DNA of 64,000 bases from an uncultured Kiloniellales bacterium (GTDB lineage Bacteria > Actinomycetota > Acidimicrobiia > Spongiisociales > UBA5794), in the NCBI GenBank assembly GCA_964195155.1, contig CAXMOP010000015.1:10056-74055 (forward strand), written 5' to 3'. The notes under the pieces were generated by a model. That model saw only the letters and a program-made list of their open reading frames with translations. It had not been told where the DNA came from and did no database searches. Positions 8,724-17,918 of the stretch are shown piece by piece; position 1 is the stretch's first letter, and every line of letters begins with the position of its first letter. The position numbers and the translations under genes are program-made.

Positions 8724-10352
8724 TTACAGCTCGATGATGACGGGGAAGACGACGGGGCGGCGCTTCATCGTGTTTTGCACCGCCTTGCGTGCCGAGTTGC
8801 GGACCCTGCGGTGCAGGGCGTCGTGGTCGATGGGCCGGTCGAGGGTGGAGATCCCCTGCTCGACCCTGGTTCGGATCGCCTTGTGCAGCTTGTCGGCATC
8901 CCCGGTGACCCCGTGACTGTCGATGTCGGGTCCGAAGATGATGTCTCCGGTTCGTTTGTCGACGCCCACGGTGACGAGCACCACACCGTCATCTGCCAGG
9001 TGTTGCCGATCGCGAATGACCCCGAAGTCGTCCTCGATCTCGGTCCCGTCCACATAGACATAGCCTGCAGACACGGCCTGGCGGTCGATACGCATTTTGC
9101 CGTTTTCGAGGACCACGACGTCGCCGTCCTCGCACACCTCGACGCGAGGGATTCCCAACTCCATGCCGAGGTCGGCATTGGCCGCGAGGTGCCGGTACTC
9201 GCCGTGGACCGGGATCAGCGCCTGGGGTTGCACGACGTTGTAGAAGGTCATGAGCTCGGTGGCCGCGGCATGGCCCGACACGTGGACCGGCGCGTTGCGA
9301 CCGTGGTGGACGGTGACTCCGGCCCGGGTGAGGTTGTTGATCACTCGCGATACCCGCTTCTCGTTACCGGGGATCGGGGTCGCCGAGATGATGACGCTGT
9401 CGTTGGGGTCGAGGGTCACCGAACGGTGCTCTCCCGCCGCCATCAGCGACAACGCGGCGAACGGCTCACCCTGGCTTCCTGTTGAGATCACGGCCGCCTT
9501 GTCGGGCTCGAGCTCCAGCAGCTCCTCCAGCTCGACGAGTCCCCCGGTGGGAATCGTCAGATGGCCGGATTCGACGGCGATCTCGTAGTTGCGCAGCATC
9601 GAGCGCCCGATGAAGGCAAACCGCCGACCATCTGCCACGACGGCATCGATCGCCTGTTGCACGCGGTGGAGGTGGCTGGCAAAACAAGCAATGATCACCC
9701 TGCCGGGCGCCTCTCGAACCAGGTCTTCCAGCTCGCTGCCGACGGTGCTCTCGGAAGGCACGAAGCCGGGCCGTTCGGCGTTGGTCGAATCGGCAAGCAG
9801 CAGCCGGACGCCCTGCCTGCCGAACCCGGCCAGCGTCTGCAGATCGGTGGTCCTGCCATCGATCGGCGTCGGGTCGAGCTTGAAGTCGCCGCTGTGGATC
9901 ACCAGGCCCTCCGGCGTGTCGAAGGCGATGCCGGTGGCGTCCGGAACGGAGTGAGTCACCGCAATGTGACTGAAGCGAAACGGCCCCTCCTCGACCCAGG
10001 TTCGCACCTCGACCGGCCGCAGGTCGGGCTCGACGCCCATTTCGCTCACTCTGGCCCTGGCCAGCTCGAGGGTGAGCGGGGTCCCGTATACCGGCACGTT
10101 GATCTCACGAAGTAGGTAACCGAGCGCGCCGATGTGATCCTCGTGGCCGTGGGTGAGGATCACGCACGACAGCGCCTCGGGGCGGCTCAAGATCGATGAC
10201 AGGTCGGGGAGCACGAGATCGACGCCGAGCATCTCCTCGTCGGGAAACATCAGGCCGACGTCGATCATCGCCACCCGGCCGTCGATCTCCATCGAGGCGC
10301 AGTTCCTGCCGATCTCCCCAAGGCCGCCGTGGAAGGCGATGCGGACGCTCAC
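8724..10352 (-). CDS. rnj: ribonuclease J (metallo-beta-lactamase/beta-CASP)
   Basis: 542 aa. HGHEDHIGAL motif, beta-CASP layout. Conserved dapA-rnj-ftsK neighbourhood. Confidence 0.9.
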   Translation of the reverse strand: MSVRIAFHGGLGEIGRNCASMEIDGRVAMIDVGLMFPDEEMLGVDLVLPDLSSILSRPEALSCVILTHGHEDHIGALGYLLREINVPVYGTPLTLELARARVSEMGVEPDLRPVEVRTWVEEGPFRFSHIAVTHSVPDATGIAFDTPEGLVIHSGDFKLDPTPIDGRTTDLQTLAGFGRQGVRLLLADSTNAERPGFVPSESTVGSELEDLVREAPGRVIIACFASHLHRVQQAIDAVVADGRRFAFIGRSMLRNYEIAVESGHLTIPTGGLVELEELLELEPDKAAVISTGSQGEPFAALSLMAAGEHRSVTLDPNDSVIISATPIPGNEKRVSRVINNLTRAGVTVHHGRNAPVHVSGHAAATELMTFYNVVQPQALIPVHGEYRHLAANADLGMELGIPRVEVCEDGDVVVLENGKMRIDRQAVSAGYVYVDGTEIEDDFGVIRDRQHLADDGVVLVTVGVDKRTGDIIFGPDIDSHGVTGDADKLHKAIRTRVEQGISTLDRPIDHDALHRRVRNSARKAVQNTMKRRPVVFPVIIEL

Positions 10353-11245
10353 AGGCCTTCCAGACCCACGAGAGCCTCACGCACGGTCGCCACCGTCTCC
10401 TCCGACGGCGGTACCAGCGGCAGCCGCGGCTCGCCGACGGCGTCCCAGGCCATCGACAGCCCCGCCTTGAGGGGCATCGGGCTCGGCTCGACAAACAGCG
10501 CGGTGAACAGTGGCATGAGTCCCTGATGCAGACGATCGGCCTCGTCGTCCTTGTCCGCCAGTGCCGCCTCCACCATCGCCCGGATCTGGGCTCCGGCGAG
10601 ATGGGCGGCCACCGAAACCACCCCGACGCCCCCGGCACGCACGATTTCGAGGGTCAGATCGTCCGACCCGGAGTAGACGGCGAACCCTTCCGGCAGCGCC
10701 GCGATCTGTGCGGTCGTCCAGGCGACGTCGTCGACGGCGTCCTTGACGGCAACGATGTTTGGATGGGCGGCGAGCCGCTGCAGCGTTTCGACTTCGATCA
10801 GCCGACAGGTTCGCCCGGGGATGTTGTACACCATGAGCGGCAGGTCTGTGGCGTCTGCGATCGCGGTCATGTGACGGAAGATGCCTTCCTGCGGCGGCTT
10901 CGAGTAGTACGGGGTCACCGCCATCACGGCGTGACAGCCGACCTCGGCGGCGCGCTCGGTGAGCTCGACCGACTCGCGCGTGTCGTAGGTGCCGGTGCCG
11001 GCGACCACGACCGCCCGATCACCGATGGCGTCGACCGCGGCGCGGTACAGCGCAACCTTCTCCACCGCGTTCAGGGTCGGCGACTCCCCGGTGGTGCCGC
11101 ACACGACGACGCCGTCGGAACCTTGGCCGACCAGGTGATCGGCGAGTCGGGTGAAGGTCCCGAAATCGACCGATCCGTCCTCGTGAAACGGCGTGATGAT
11201 GGCCGTGAGGACCGCGCCGAAGGGCGCTTCTGGTCGGTGCTCCAT
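10349..11245 (-). CDS. dapA: 4-hydroxy-tetrahydrodipicolinate synthase
   Basis: From MEHRPEAPFGAVLTAIITPF...GTTGESPTL...AVTPYYSKP...NIPGRT. The upstream part of ORF 10349..11725 is antisense to the thioredoxin gene. 4-nt overlap with rnj. Confidence 0.9.
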   Translation of the reverse strand: MEHRPEAPFGAVLTAIITPFHEDGSVDFGTFTRLADHLVGQGSDGVVVCGTTGESPTLNAVEKVALYRAAVDAIGDRAVVVAGTGTYDTRESVELTERAAEVGCHAVMAVTPYYSKPPQEGIFRHMTAIADATDLPLMVYNIPGRTCRLIEVETLQRLAAHPNIVAVKDAVDDVAWTTAQIAALPEGFAVYSGSDDLTLEIVRAGGVGVVSVAAHLAGAQIRAMVEAALADKDDEADRLHQGLMPLFTALFVEPSPMPLKAGLSMAWDAVGEPRLPLVPPSEETVATVREALVGLEGL

Positions 11246-11287
11246 AGCGGCGACGGTAGCAGGCAGGGTCGAAGTAACCTCGCCCCC

Positions 11288-12121
11288 ATGAGCGTTGGCA
11301 AGGATGTCGATACGGCTGCGTTTTCCCAGGATGTGCTGCAACGCAGCCGCGAACTTCCGGTCATCGTCGACTTCTGGGCGGAATGGTGCCAGCCGTGCAA
11401 GGTGCTGAGCCCCGCCCTGGAAAAAGTCACCGAGGACGGTGAAGGCGCCTTCGAGCTCGTCAAGGTCGACGTCGACGCCAACCAGGAGCTGGCACAGCAG
11501 TACGCCGTCCAGGGCATCCCCACCGTTATCGCCTTTCGCGACGGCGAAGAGGTCTCCCGATTCACCGGTGCCCTGCCCGAGGCCGCGGTCGTCGACTGGG
11601 TGGCGACGGTCATGCCGGACGATCTCGACCGGATGGTGGACGAGGCCCGCACCGCACGAATCGACGGTGACGACTCGACTGCCGAGCACCTGTACCGACA
11701 GGCCCTCGATGCGCGATCGGATCACAGCGAGGCCGGTACGAGCCTTGCGGCCATGCTCATCGACCGGGGCGAGACCGATGAAGCACTGATCGTGCTCGGC
11801 CGGCTGGTGCCCGACGCTGAGGTAGACCGGCTCCGGGCCGCGGCACGGGTCAGGGCCGGCTCCGGCCAGGACATCTCAGCGCTCAAAGCGCGTGTCGCAG
11901 CGGAGCCCGACAACGGCAGGGCTCGCCTCGAGCTGGCTCGCGCCCTCGCCGCCCAAGCCGAGTACGAGCCGGCGCTCGATCAGCTGCTGGCCGAGGTGCG
12001 GCGGAAGGGTGAGCTTTCCGACGAGGCGCGCCTCGCCATGCTCGACATCTTCGAGCTCGTCGGCGCCGAGCACCCGCTCACCACGACGTATCGCCGACAG
12101 CTGGCAAGCGCCCTCTACTAG
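11288..12121 (+). CDS. thioredoxin-domain protein with C-terminal TPR-like region (YbbN/CnoX-like)
   Basis: MSVGKDV...VIVDFWAEWCQPCK (CxxC), then a helical repeat tail. Stop TAG 12119..12121 lies in the MITE terminus. Confidence 0.85.
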   Translation: MSVGKDVDTAAFSQDVLQRSRELPVIVDFWAEWCQPCKVLSPALEKVTEDGEGAFELVKVDVDANQELAQQYAVQGIPTVIAFRDGEEVSRFTGALPEAAVVDWVATVMPDDLDRMVDEARTARIDGDDSTAEHLYRQALDARSDHSEAGTSLAAMLIDRGETDEALIVLGRLVPDAEVDRLRAAARVRAGSGQDISALKARVAAEPDNGRARLELARALAAQAEYEPALDQLLAEVRRKGELSDEARLAMLDIFELVGAEHPLTTTYRRQLASALY

Positions 12122-12232
12122 GACGGCGTTGATCAATGACGAGTGCCCTGCACCGGCGCTCACTTGTGTTGCGGTGACTCGGTTTCTCCAGTCAGCGACG
12201 GCACGCTGGAGGATTCCTGAGCACCCTCGTAG
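12118..12232 (+). mobile_element. MITE-like repeat, copy A (full length)
   Basis: cTA|GGACGGCGTTGATCAATGAC...GGTGACTCGGTTTCTCCAGTCAGCGACGGCACGCTGGAGGATTCCTGAGCACCCTCG|TAg. Aligns by eye to copies C, E and F. Confidence 0.8.
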
Positions 12233-12250
12233 GAGGATGCTGAGCAATCC
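12230..12250 (+). repeat. solo MITE terminus abutting copy A
   Basis: TAGGAGGATGCTGAGCAATCC is identical to the left terminus of copy C (29118..) and starts at the same TA that ends copy A. Confidence 0.7.
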
Positions 12251-12256
12251 GGCGCC

Positions 12257-13024
12257 CTACGAGGAGCCCAGCTCGAGAACGGCCTCGAGCCCCACGGTCA
12301 CGCCCGCATCCAACGTGGCGACGCCGCGCACCGCGGCAAGCACGCCGGGGATGAACACGCTGCGATCGGTGGAGGTATGGCGAATGCTGAGGGTCTCCCC
12401 GGCGCCGCCGAACATGACAATCTGGTCGGCAACGATGCCGGGAAGCCGAACGGCGTGGACCGGAACACCGGACACATCGGCGCCGCGTGCTCCCGGCACC
12501 AGCTCGGTCGATTCGGTCCGGCGATGCTGGTCGGCCGCCGCTGCGATCCGCTCTGCAGTGACCATTGCGGTACCGGAAGGAGCGTCGACTTTCTGATCGT
12601 GATGGAGCTCAATGACCTCGGCGGCGGCGAAGTGCGGCGCGGCGATCTCGGCGAGACGCAATGCCACGATTGCGCCGACGGCGAAGTTGGGGACGATCAG
12701 ACAGTTCGGCGGCCCGACGCTCCAGACCTCCGCTACCACGCTGATCCGCTCCGCATCGAACCCCGACGTTCCCACTACCGCATTCACCCCGAGCCGGTGC
12801 CACCGGTCGAGGTTGGCCATGACCACGTCGGGCACGGTGAATTCGACAACGACATCGGCCGATTGAACGGCGTCCGGATCGTCGCCGACCGTGTCGCCGG
12901 CGATCGTCGATCCGGCATGACCCGGGTCGTACAGCGGACCGAGCTCGAGGTCGTCGGCCTCGGCGATGGCCTCGGCGACCAGGACGCCCATGCGACCCCC
13001 GGCACCGGAGACCGCAACGATCAT
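12257..13024 (-). CDS. dapB: 4-hydroxy-tetrahydrodipicolinate reductase
   Basis: 255 aa. N-terminal VAVSGAGGRMG Rossmann motif, ELHHDQKVDAPSGTA motif. Confidence 0.9.
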   Translation of the reverse strand: MIVAVSGAGGRMGVLVAEAIAEADDLELGPLYDPGHAGSTIAGDTVGDDPDAVQSADVVVEFTVPDVVMANLDRWHRLGVNAVVGTSGFDAERISVVAEVWSVGPPNCLIVPNFAVGAIVALRLAEIAAPHFAAAEVIELHHDQKVDAPSGTAMVTAERIAAAADQHRRTESTELVPGARGADVSGVPVHAVRLPGIVADQIVMFGGAGETLSIRHTSTDRSVFIPGVLAAVRGVATLDAGVTVGLEAVLELGSS

Positions 13025-14271
13025 TTCACGAACTCTTCGAGATCCCCGACGTCGAATGGCCCCGTGGCGCCCAGGACATACGGTCCGCCGTAGGCGGCCC
13101 TGGCGACGTCGATCACGTCGGCATTGGTGACGGCGTCGACCTTTGCCACGATCTGGTCGACTGAGAAGTGCTCGAGGCGGGTGATCTCGTTGCGACCGAG
13201 TCGATTCATTCGCCCGTCGGCATCCTCGAGGGACAGGGCGAGCGCACCCTGCACGTGGCCGCGGGCTCGCTCCAGCTCGTCATCGGTAATGCCGGTGTCC
13301 ATGATCTTGTCGAACTCCGCCCGGACCAGCTTCAGCACCTCGGCGGTCTGGCCGGGAGTGGTGCCAACGTACACGGCGCTGGCCCCACTGTCGGCAAACG
13401 GGCTGCGAAATGCATGGACCGCGTAGGCGAGGCCGCGGCGCTCGCGGATCTCGCGGAACAGCCGGCTCGACATGCCGCCACCGAGGACGTGATCCGACAC
13501 GATGAGGGCAAACCGGCGCTCGTCGTCTCGTTTGAGGCCGGGGCCACCGAAGACGAGGTGCGCCTGTTCGGTGTCGCGGCGAACCACCCCGACCCCCATT
13601 TCGGTTTTGAGATCGGTAAGGGAACGATCGATGTCGCCGCCTTCCCAGGCGCCGAAGTGCTCGGCAACGAGCTCGACCAACGCCCCGTGGTCGACCCTGC
13701 CCGCAACGGCCACGGTCGCCGAGTTCGGCGTGTACCGACGGCTCCAGTAGCCGCTGATCGTCTCGCGCGTCATTGCAGTGATCGAGTCCTTGGTCCCCAG
13801 GATCGGCGGCGCCAGGGGATGGGTCCCCCACATGGTGGTGACGAACTGCTCGTGGGCGACATCGGTGGGGTCATCCTCGTTCATGTTGATCTCTTCAAGG
13901 ACCACCCCGCGTTCGAGGTCGATCTCTTCCTGGCGGAAGGCGGGGCGTTGCACCATCTCAGCAAGAATCTCCATCGTGGTCGTCAGGTCGGCGTCTCGGG
14001 CGCGTGCCCAGTAACAGGTGTACTCCTTGGAGGTGAACGCGTTGTTTCGCGCCCCCATCGAATCAAAGGCTTCCGAGATTCGCTGGGCCGACCACGCATC
14101 GGAGCCCTTGAAGAGCAGGTGCTCGAGAAAGTGACTGGCCCCCGCCTCGACGGGCGTCTCGTCCCGACTGCCGGTGTTCACCCAGATGCCAATGGCGAGC
14201 GATCGCAACGACGGCATGTCCTGGGAAATGATGCGGAGCCCGTTGGGCAGCGTGGTGATGTCGTAATGCAT
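13021..14271 (-). CDS. M16 family (pitrilysin-like) zinc peptidase
   Basis: HFLEHLLFKG inverted zincin motif (HxxEH). ATG 14271 (MHYDITTLPNGLRI) preferred over the longer ORF. 4-nt overlap with dapB. Confidence 0.85.
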   Translation of the reverse strand: MHYDITTLPNGLRIISQDMPSLRSLAIGIWVNTGSRDETPVEAGASHFLEHLLFKGSDAWSAQRISEAFDSMGARNNAFTSKEYTCYWARARDADLTTTMEILAEMVQRPAFRQEEIDLERGVVLEEINMNEDDPTDVAHEQFVTTMWGTHPLAPPILGTKDSITAMTRETISGYWSRRYTPNSATVAVAGRVDHGALVELVAEHFGAWEGGDIDRSLTDLKTEMGVGVVRRDTEQAHLVFGGPGLKRDDERRFALIVSDHVLGGGMSSRLFREIRERRGLAYAVHAFRSPFADSGASAVYVGTTPGQTAEVLKLVRAEFDKIMDTGITDDELERARGHVQGALALSLEDADGRMNRLGRNEITRLEHFSVDQIVAKVDAVTNADVIDVARAAYGGPYVLGATGPFDVGDLEEFVK

Positions 14272-14377
14272 AGTCGGCGATGTTAGGACGGCGCCGGGGT
14301 TGCTCCCCCACCGGCAGAGAGAGGCTTGCCGGGCGTCGGTGGCGGACGATCCTGTTCGCGTAGGCTGCCGCGCGGCA

Positions 14378-14480
14378 ATGACGAATCCTCCCTCCATCGT
14401 CACGGACCGTCTCATGTTGCGCCGGTGGCGGGCAAGCGATCGCGAGCCGTTTGTCGCGATGAAGGCGAATCCGTCGCCAC
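14378..14480 (+). pseudogene. N-terminal stub of a RimJ/RimL-type GNAT acetyltransferase
   Basis: MTNPPSIVTDRLMLRRWRASDREPFVAMKANP matches the usual start of these GNATs. Similarity is then lost and the ORF ends at 14539, running into the convergent methyltransferase. Confidence 0.4.
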
Positions 14481-14493
14481 CCGCTCTACCGGA

Positions 14494-15132
14494 TCAGGAA
14501 GGCCCCTGGCTCACCCCGATGAACAGAGCAACTCGGTAACTGAACTCGGTTTGCGGTGCCGATCCAACTCCGTCGAAGTAGAAGTCGAGGAGTCGCCAGG
14601 CGTCGGTGGCGTTTTCAAATGCAAACACCGTGTCGACAATCTCGACGCCAAAGCCGTGGCTCCTCCAGAACGCGGGCTCGGCGGAGATATCTTGCGGCGC
14701 CAGCGCACAGAACTCATCGTCGCCGGCATTGTCGACGATGACCAGCGGGCCACCCGGCTTGACCGCCCGGTGCAGCTCCTCGATGCCGGATGACGGGTCG
14801 AACGGGCCGCGGGAAAAGAAATAGGCCCACGTCGCATATGCCGCGTCGAGCGAGGCGTCTCGGAACGGCAACCTTTCCGCGTCGGCCTGGACCCAGGTGA
14901 GATGGCGGTTGGTGTCAACCATGCCCCTTGCCGGCTCGATGGCCACGATCCGCCGTGAGGGCCTGAGGAGCCGCTCGGCGGTGAAGCCGTCCCCGGCGCC
15001 AATGTCGGCGATCGTCCCGCCTGGGAGCAGACGATCGAGCCGCTCGATGACCAGGCCCGGCCGGTCCATGGCGGCTCGCTCGAGGGCGAAGAGGTCGGGA
15101 TGGTCGATGCCGTAGAAGGGGATGATCGCCAC
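14494..15132 (-). CDS. class I SAM-dependent methyltransferase
   Basis: 212 aa. Motif I IADIGAGDGFTA, post-I acidic residue, VKPGGPLVIVD. Confidence 0.8.
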   Translation of the reverse strand: MAIIPFYGIDHPDLFALERAAMDRPGLVIERLDRLLPGGTIADIGAGDGFTAERLLRPSRRIVAIEPARGMVDTNRHLTWVQADAERLPFRDASLDAAYATWAYFFSRGPFDPSSGIEELHRAVKPGGPLVIVDNAGDDEFCALAPQDISAEPAFWRSHGFGVEIVDTVFAFENATDAWRLLDFYFDGVGSAPQTEFSYRVALFIGVSQGPS

Positions 15133-15134
15133 GG

Positions 15135-15551
15135 TCAGTCCTCGAAGTCGGGGCGCTTGCGGAGCCGCTTCTGCTCCGAGCGCAGCCGTTTGGTCTTGAG
15201 TCTGCGCTGTTTGGCTCGGCGGCTTGGCCTGGTGGGTCGCCGCGGTGGCGGATCCGGGGCGAGGGCCGATTCGATGCGTTCACGAAGTCGCCGCTTGGCA
15301 ATCTGCCTATTGCGCCACTGGGACCGGGAATCGTCGACCGTGACCGAGATCACCGAGTCGGCGAGTCGATCGAGCAGGCGAACTCGAGACGCCTCGTCGA
15401 AGGCGTCCGAAGACGAGACATCGAAGCGGAGCACGACCTTGCTCGACGCCCGGTTGGCGTGTTGCCCACCGGGGCCACCGCTCGGCAGGAACGTCCAATC
15501 GAGCTCTCGAGCGGCAATCGTGGTGTCGTCGTTGATCCGCAGGTCGTCCAT
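15135..15551 (-). CDS. arfB: alternative ribosome-rescue factor ArfB (peptidyl-tRNA hydrolase, GGQ)
   Basis: 138 aa. SGGPGGQHANRASSKV GGQ motif and a basic C-terminal tail. Confidence 0.85.
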   Translation of the reverse strand: MDDLRINDDTTIAARELDWTFLPSGGPGGQHANRASSKVVLRFDVSSSDAFDEASRVRLLDRLADSVISVTVDDSRSQWRNRQIAKRRLRERIESALAPDPPPRRPTRPSRRAKQRRLKTKRLRSEQKRLRKRPDFED

Positions 15552-15650
15552 TCAGACAGTATTGCGTATCGAGTATCAGGTATTGAGACGCACCAGGTAG
15601 CAGGTGCCGACTACCGACGCGATTTGACAGCCTCGTACAATGGACCGTTC

Positions 15651-17918
15651 ATGCGCGCCCACGACGAATCCGTTCTCAGCGAGGTGCTCCCGCCAGAAGA
15701 TCGGGTGATCGAAGCGGTCGTTGCCCGCTATCAGCGTGTCGCGCCCGCAGTAACCCGCTTTGCGCGAACGATCTCCGGCAACGAGGACCTCAGGGTGCGG
15801 CTCGGCTCGCAGGCATCGGCGTCCGCCGACGAGATCGTCATCGACCCCGGGGTGTTCCAGGCCGCCTACAGCCGCGCCGCCCCGGTGACGCCGACCGAGG
15901 TGGCCCTGACTTCGGCGCTGCACGAGGCGATCCACCTGATCGCCACCGACTTCGACGAGCAGCGCCCCATCCCGGACTCGTGGATGGCGCACCGCGAGAG
16001 CCTCGACAGCGACGGTGCCGATGCCCCGCCCCTGGCCGAGTTGACCACATACGAATGGACCGAACCCGAACCGACCGACGCCGACGACCACGATCCATAC
16101 GTCCGCCAAGACCTCCCCACCGACGGCACCGTCTCCCTCCTCGATGCCTTGCACATGGTTGCGGGACCGGCCGCCGAGGCGATGTTCCTCTCCATCGAGG
16201 ATGCCAGACAGGAGCGGAAGCACCTTGCTCCGTTCCCGGGCGCCCGTTCGGTGTTGTCGGATCTGTACCGGGCCGCAGTTCCCGGCGGCCTGGCGAGCGC
16301 CAGACCATTGGGACAATTCGCCCTTGCCTGCTTTCTGATCGTTGGCGACTACCTCGACCGCGATGCATTGCAGCGCCGCGTCGAGCCCAACGTGGCACTT
16401 GCCATCGACGACGCCATGGCATTCCTCGGCCCTGTGCCCGATATCGAGGATCCGTGGACGGTCGGCGGCGTCGCCTTGCAGCTCATCGAGGTCGCCCGCA
16501 TGCACGGCATCCTCACCGAGGGTGCTGCTGCCGATTCTCCGCTCGGGCGCAGCGCCGGGCGCGAAGCGGACCAGGGCGCCATCGCCGAAGGCGTCGACGC
16601 GGTGCGGGTCATCACCCCACCATTGGTCGACAAGGACTCCTACGAGCAGACCAGAAAGGCAGCCCAGACGGTATCGGCCGAACACGGCAAGCACGGTGAG
16701 GCCGACCAGGCCGGCGACCCGGCAACGGATCAGTTGATGCGGGTCTCATCCAGCCCGACCGTCTACCTACCAACGGGCCAGGCGGGCAAGTTGCTCGTCA
16801 CCGACTTCCCGCGATCCTTTGAGCGCTTCGGGCCCCAGGGACGGCAGCTGCTCGAAGCCGCGGCCGCAGAGTGGGGTGTTGCCCAACGCCGGGTGTCCGG
16901 TGAGTTGTATCCCCTCTTCCTGGCCAATCAGCGGCGAGGGTTGCGCAGCGGTTTCGATGCCGGAGATCTATCTCCGTACACGCCGTTGCTCCTCGGGGCG
17001 GGACTGTACGAGCGCATGTTCGAGCGCCGCGATCTGCCAAACCGGCGCTCCTACGGGGTCAGCCTCCTGGTCGACGGCTCGGCGTCGATGCTGCAACCAC
17101 GCCAACTTCGCGCCGGGTGGAAGCGCCCCTGGGCCCTCGCGGCCGCCATCCTCGGCGCCTGGACGCTTGCCCGCCTCGCCGACGAGTTGCAGATCGAGTT
17201 CGAGGTCGCCATCTTCAACCGTGGCTTCGCCGCTGCTTCCGGCGACTCCGAGCGTTCCTTCATCGAGCGCCGATCGGCGGCCACCGGCGCCCTGCGGCGC
17301 ACACAGGGCGGCGCGGCGGAACGCCTCACCCGCACCGTGAACCACTATCTCGTCAAGCGCTTCGCCGATCGGTGGCGGGTCCACGAGGACGTGCTCGCCG
17401 GCCTGTTCTGGATGGCCGCCTCGCCCCAGGATGCCGTTCGCGAAACAAAACGCGACCCGTCGGCTGGCCCGCCGCTTTCGATGTTCGAGAAGGCGTCGAA
17501 CGTCGACGAGTTCAACCTCGCCCACGCCGCCGAGCGGCTCTCGGCGCGCAATGTGTCGCATCGCATCATCGTGGTGCTCGCCGACGGCATGACCCGCGGT
17601 TCGGTACAGGCACTGGCCGCGACATCGTCCTCGATCGATCGCGGCGGGACCACCGTGCTCGGCATCGGCATCGGCGACGACACGGTCCAAGCCGCATACG
17701 CCAGGAACGCCGTGGTGCAGCAACCCGATGCCCTCGCCGCCGCCATGGTCAACGGCGTGCGATCTGCGCTGTTCCGTTCGATCACCGAGGGCGGCGGCGG
17801 GACCTGGTGGACCGAGGCCACCCAACCCGTTGCCGAACGAGCCGTCACCGAACGAGCCGTCACCGAACAAGCGGTCACCGACCGAACAATCATCAGAGCA
17901 AGCCGAGGAGAACAATGA
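15651..17918 (+). CDS. HExxH motif + von Willebrand factor A domain protein (CobT/NorD-like; DUF2201-type architecture)
   Basis: ATG 15651 (MRAHDES). HEAIH at 15921..15935. MIDAS D-x-S-x-S (VDGSAS) at 17073..17087 and later LADG. Stop overlaps the ATPase start (ATGA). Confidence 0.75.
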   Translation: MRAHDESVLSEVLPPEDRVIEAVVARYQRVAPAVTRFARTISGNEDLRVRLGSQASASADEIVIDPGVFQAAYSRAAPVTPTEVALTSALHEAIHLIATDFDEQRPIPDSWMAHRESLDSDGADAPPLAELTTYEWTEPEPTDADDHDPYVRQDLPTDGTVSLLDALHMVAGPAAEAMFLSIEDARQERKHLAPFPGARSVLSDLYRAAVPGGLASARPLGQFALACFLIVGDYLDRDALQRRVEPNVALAIDDAMAFLGPVPDIEDPWTVGGVALQLIEVARMHGILTEGAAADSPLGRSAGREADQGAIAEGVDAVRVITPPLVDKDSYEQTRKAAQTVSAEHGKHGEADQAGDPATDQLMRVSSSPTVYLPTGQAGKLLVTDFPRSFERFGPQGRQLLEAAAAEWGVAQRRVSGELYPLFLANQRRGLRSGFDAGDLSPYTPLLLGAGLYERMFERRDLPNRRSYGVSLLVDGSASMLQPRQLRAGWKRPWALAAAILGAWTLARLADELQIEFEVAIFNRGFAAASGDSERSFIERRSAATGALRRTQGGAAERLTRTVNHYLVKRFADRWRVHEDVLAGLFWMAASPQDAVRETKRDPSAGPPLSMFEKASNVDEFNLAHAAERLSARNVSHRIIVVLADGMTRGSVQALAATSSSIDRGGTTVLGIGIGDDTVQAAYARNAVVQQPDALAAAMVNGVRSALFRSITEGGGGTWWTEATQPVAERAVTERAVTEQAVTDRTIIRASRGEQ
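17835..17879 (+). repeat. 15-bp tandem repeat x3 (GAACGAGCCGTCACC) at the 3' end of the vWA gene
   Basis: Encodes ERAVT-ERAVT-EQAVT; read directly. Confidence 0.85.

Noticed and set aside
8142-9485. 447-aa plus-strand ORF
   Set aside because: It is antisense to ftsK and RNase J, with no recognisable domain and low-complexity composition.
10196-11287. N-terminal 364 aa of the 641-aa plus-strand ORF
   Set aside because: This part is antisense to dapA and is R/G-rich. The thioredoxin domain starts at ATG 11288, so only 11288..12121 is called.
15459-15650. Upstream extension of the vWA ORF, and 17117..17914 extension of the ATPase ORF
   Set aside because: The first overlaps arfB in antisense. 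The second lies inside the vWA gene in another frame. Both downstream ATGs have better context (a Shine-Dalgarno sequence and ATGA coupling).
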